Part shown: positions 22,405 to 23,078 of the stretch, one piece after another
Position numbering within the stretch: the first letter of the stretch is position 1
How the letters are laid out: every line of letters starts with the position of its first letter
IMG/VR virus record: IMGVR_UViG_3300031949_000010
Source of the DNA: a virus
Strand: one strand, 5' to 3'
Length of the DNA stretch: 23,078 nucleotides
Notes under the pieces: model-generated
Seen by the model: the letters and a program-made list of their open reading frames with translations, nothing else
What the model was told of the DNA's origin: nothing
Databases searched by the model: none
Translations under genes and position numbers: made by a program

Positions 22405-23078
22405 CCGGAATGATGGGGTCCGACGGGCCGTCCCCCGGCCCGGCTTCCTGCCGGGAAGGGGCCGTCCTAAACTGGCGGCAATGGGTGAGCCCAGAGGCCC
22501 GGGCCGAGATCCTGCGCTTCATGTGGATCGCCTTCGCGGTCGGCGTCGTCGCAGCGGCCATCGCTGCCTGGATCTACGCATCGTGGAGCGAGAGCAAGGA
22601 CTGGGTCTTCCACTGCGCGATCATCCTGGCCGCGTGCGGCTTCACGATGCCGGCCTTTGCCACCTCGATCCGGATCATGCTGGTCATGTTCTACATGAAC
22701 TGGCACGCTTCGATGGCCCAGCAGGGCATGATCTCGGACCTGAAGGAGGTCAAGGACGAGGCGGTCCCCATCCTCGACGACCTGGGCAAGGTCGTCTCCA
22801 CCCTGAAGACGGTGGCCGACCGCTACGCGAAGGATGACGTCGTCAAGTCTGCGATCCTTGAGGTGGAGCGCCTGGCGGAGAGGCTGATCGACGGGAAGAA
22901 CGGCATCCTTCCGCGTTTCGAACGGAAGATCGACGACGTGGTGGCGGCGCTGGGCGCGCCCATGGGCCCCCGGCAGGCGGGGCTCCTGGAAAAAGGCATC
23001 GCGGGCCCGGGGAACGGGGTAGGGAAGGAAATTTTAGGCATGAACGGAATGGCAGAAGGGAGACCCAATGGCGCGCTG
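22401..23078 (+). CDS. Membrane protein, two N-terminal TM helices plus helical region; runs off the window end (absent from ORF track)
   Basis: My translation from GTG 22401 (or ATG 22410): ...FMWIAFAVGVVAAAIAAWIY...VFHCAIILAACGFTMPAF...ISDLKEVKDE..., no stop to 23078. Confidence 0.75.
   Translation, partial: MTGMMGSDGPSPGPASCREGAVLNWRQWVSPEARAEILRFMWIAFAVGVVAAAIAAWIYASWSESKDWVFHCAIILAACGFTMPAFATSIRIMLVMFYMNWHASMAQQGMISDLKEVKDEAVPILDDLGKVVSTLKTVADRYAKDDVVKSAILEVERLAERLIDGKNGILPRFERKIDDVVAALGAPMGPRQAGLLEKGIAGPGNGVGKEILGMNGMAEGRPNGAL

Noticed and set aside
22298-22837. 179-aa ORF from the track
   Set aside because: Wrong frame; the frame starting at 22401 gives a coherent membrane protein with typical codon usage

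Overview
A GC-rich, almost entirely plus-strand, densely packed 23 kb segment that reads as part of a bacterial virus or provirus genome. The left part (1-8.9 kb) is an accessory region. It encodes an ASCH protein, a C5-cytosine DNA methyltransferase with a second 588-aa ORF overprinted in the +1 frame (this ORF supplies a motif IX-like segment and nine WPTP-type repeats), a compact DnaJ, a DUF5678-like/retropepsin pair, two zf-HC2-like microproteins and many small ORFs. A strong sigma70-type promoter at about 8.95 kb opens a likely virion module: a coiled-coil protein, a transglutaminase-fold Cys-His-Asp enzyme, Gly-rich membrane proteins sharing an (D)EVIE(L/M)G tag, a Cys-rich candidate major capsid protein flanked by RNA hairpins, beta-rich spike/penton-like proteins and a glycine-rich protein. 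An antisense low-GC HNH endonuclease is inserted in this module. The right end holds a holin-like/lipoprotein cluster. No terminase, portal, tail, packaging ATPase, integrase or replication gene is recognisable in the window. The assignment to a tailless, membrane-containing virus is therefore an inference. All family calls come from motif reading, not database searches.
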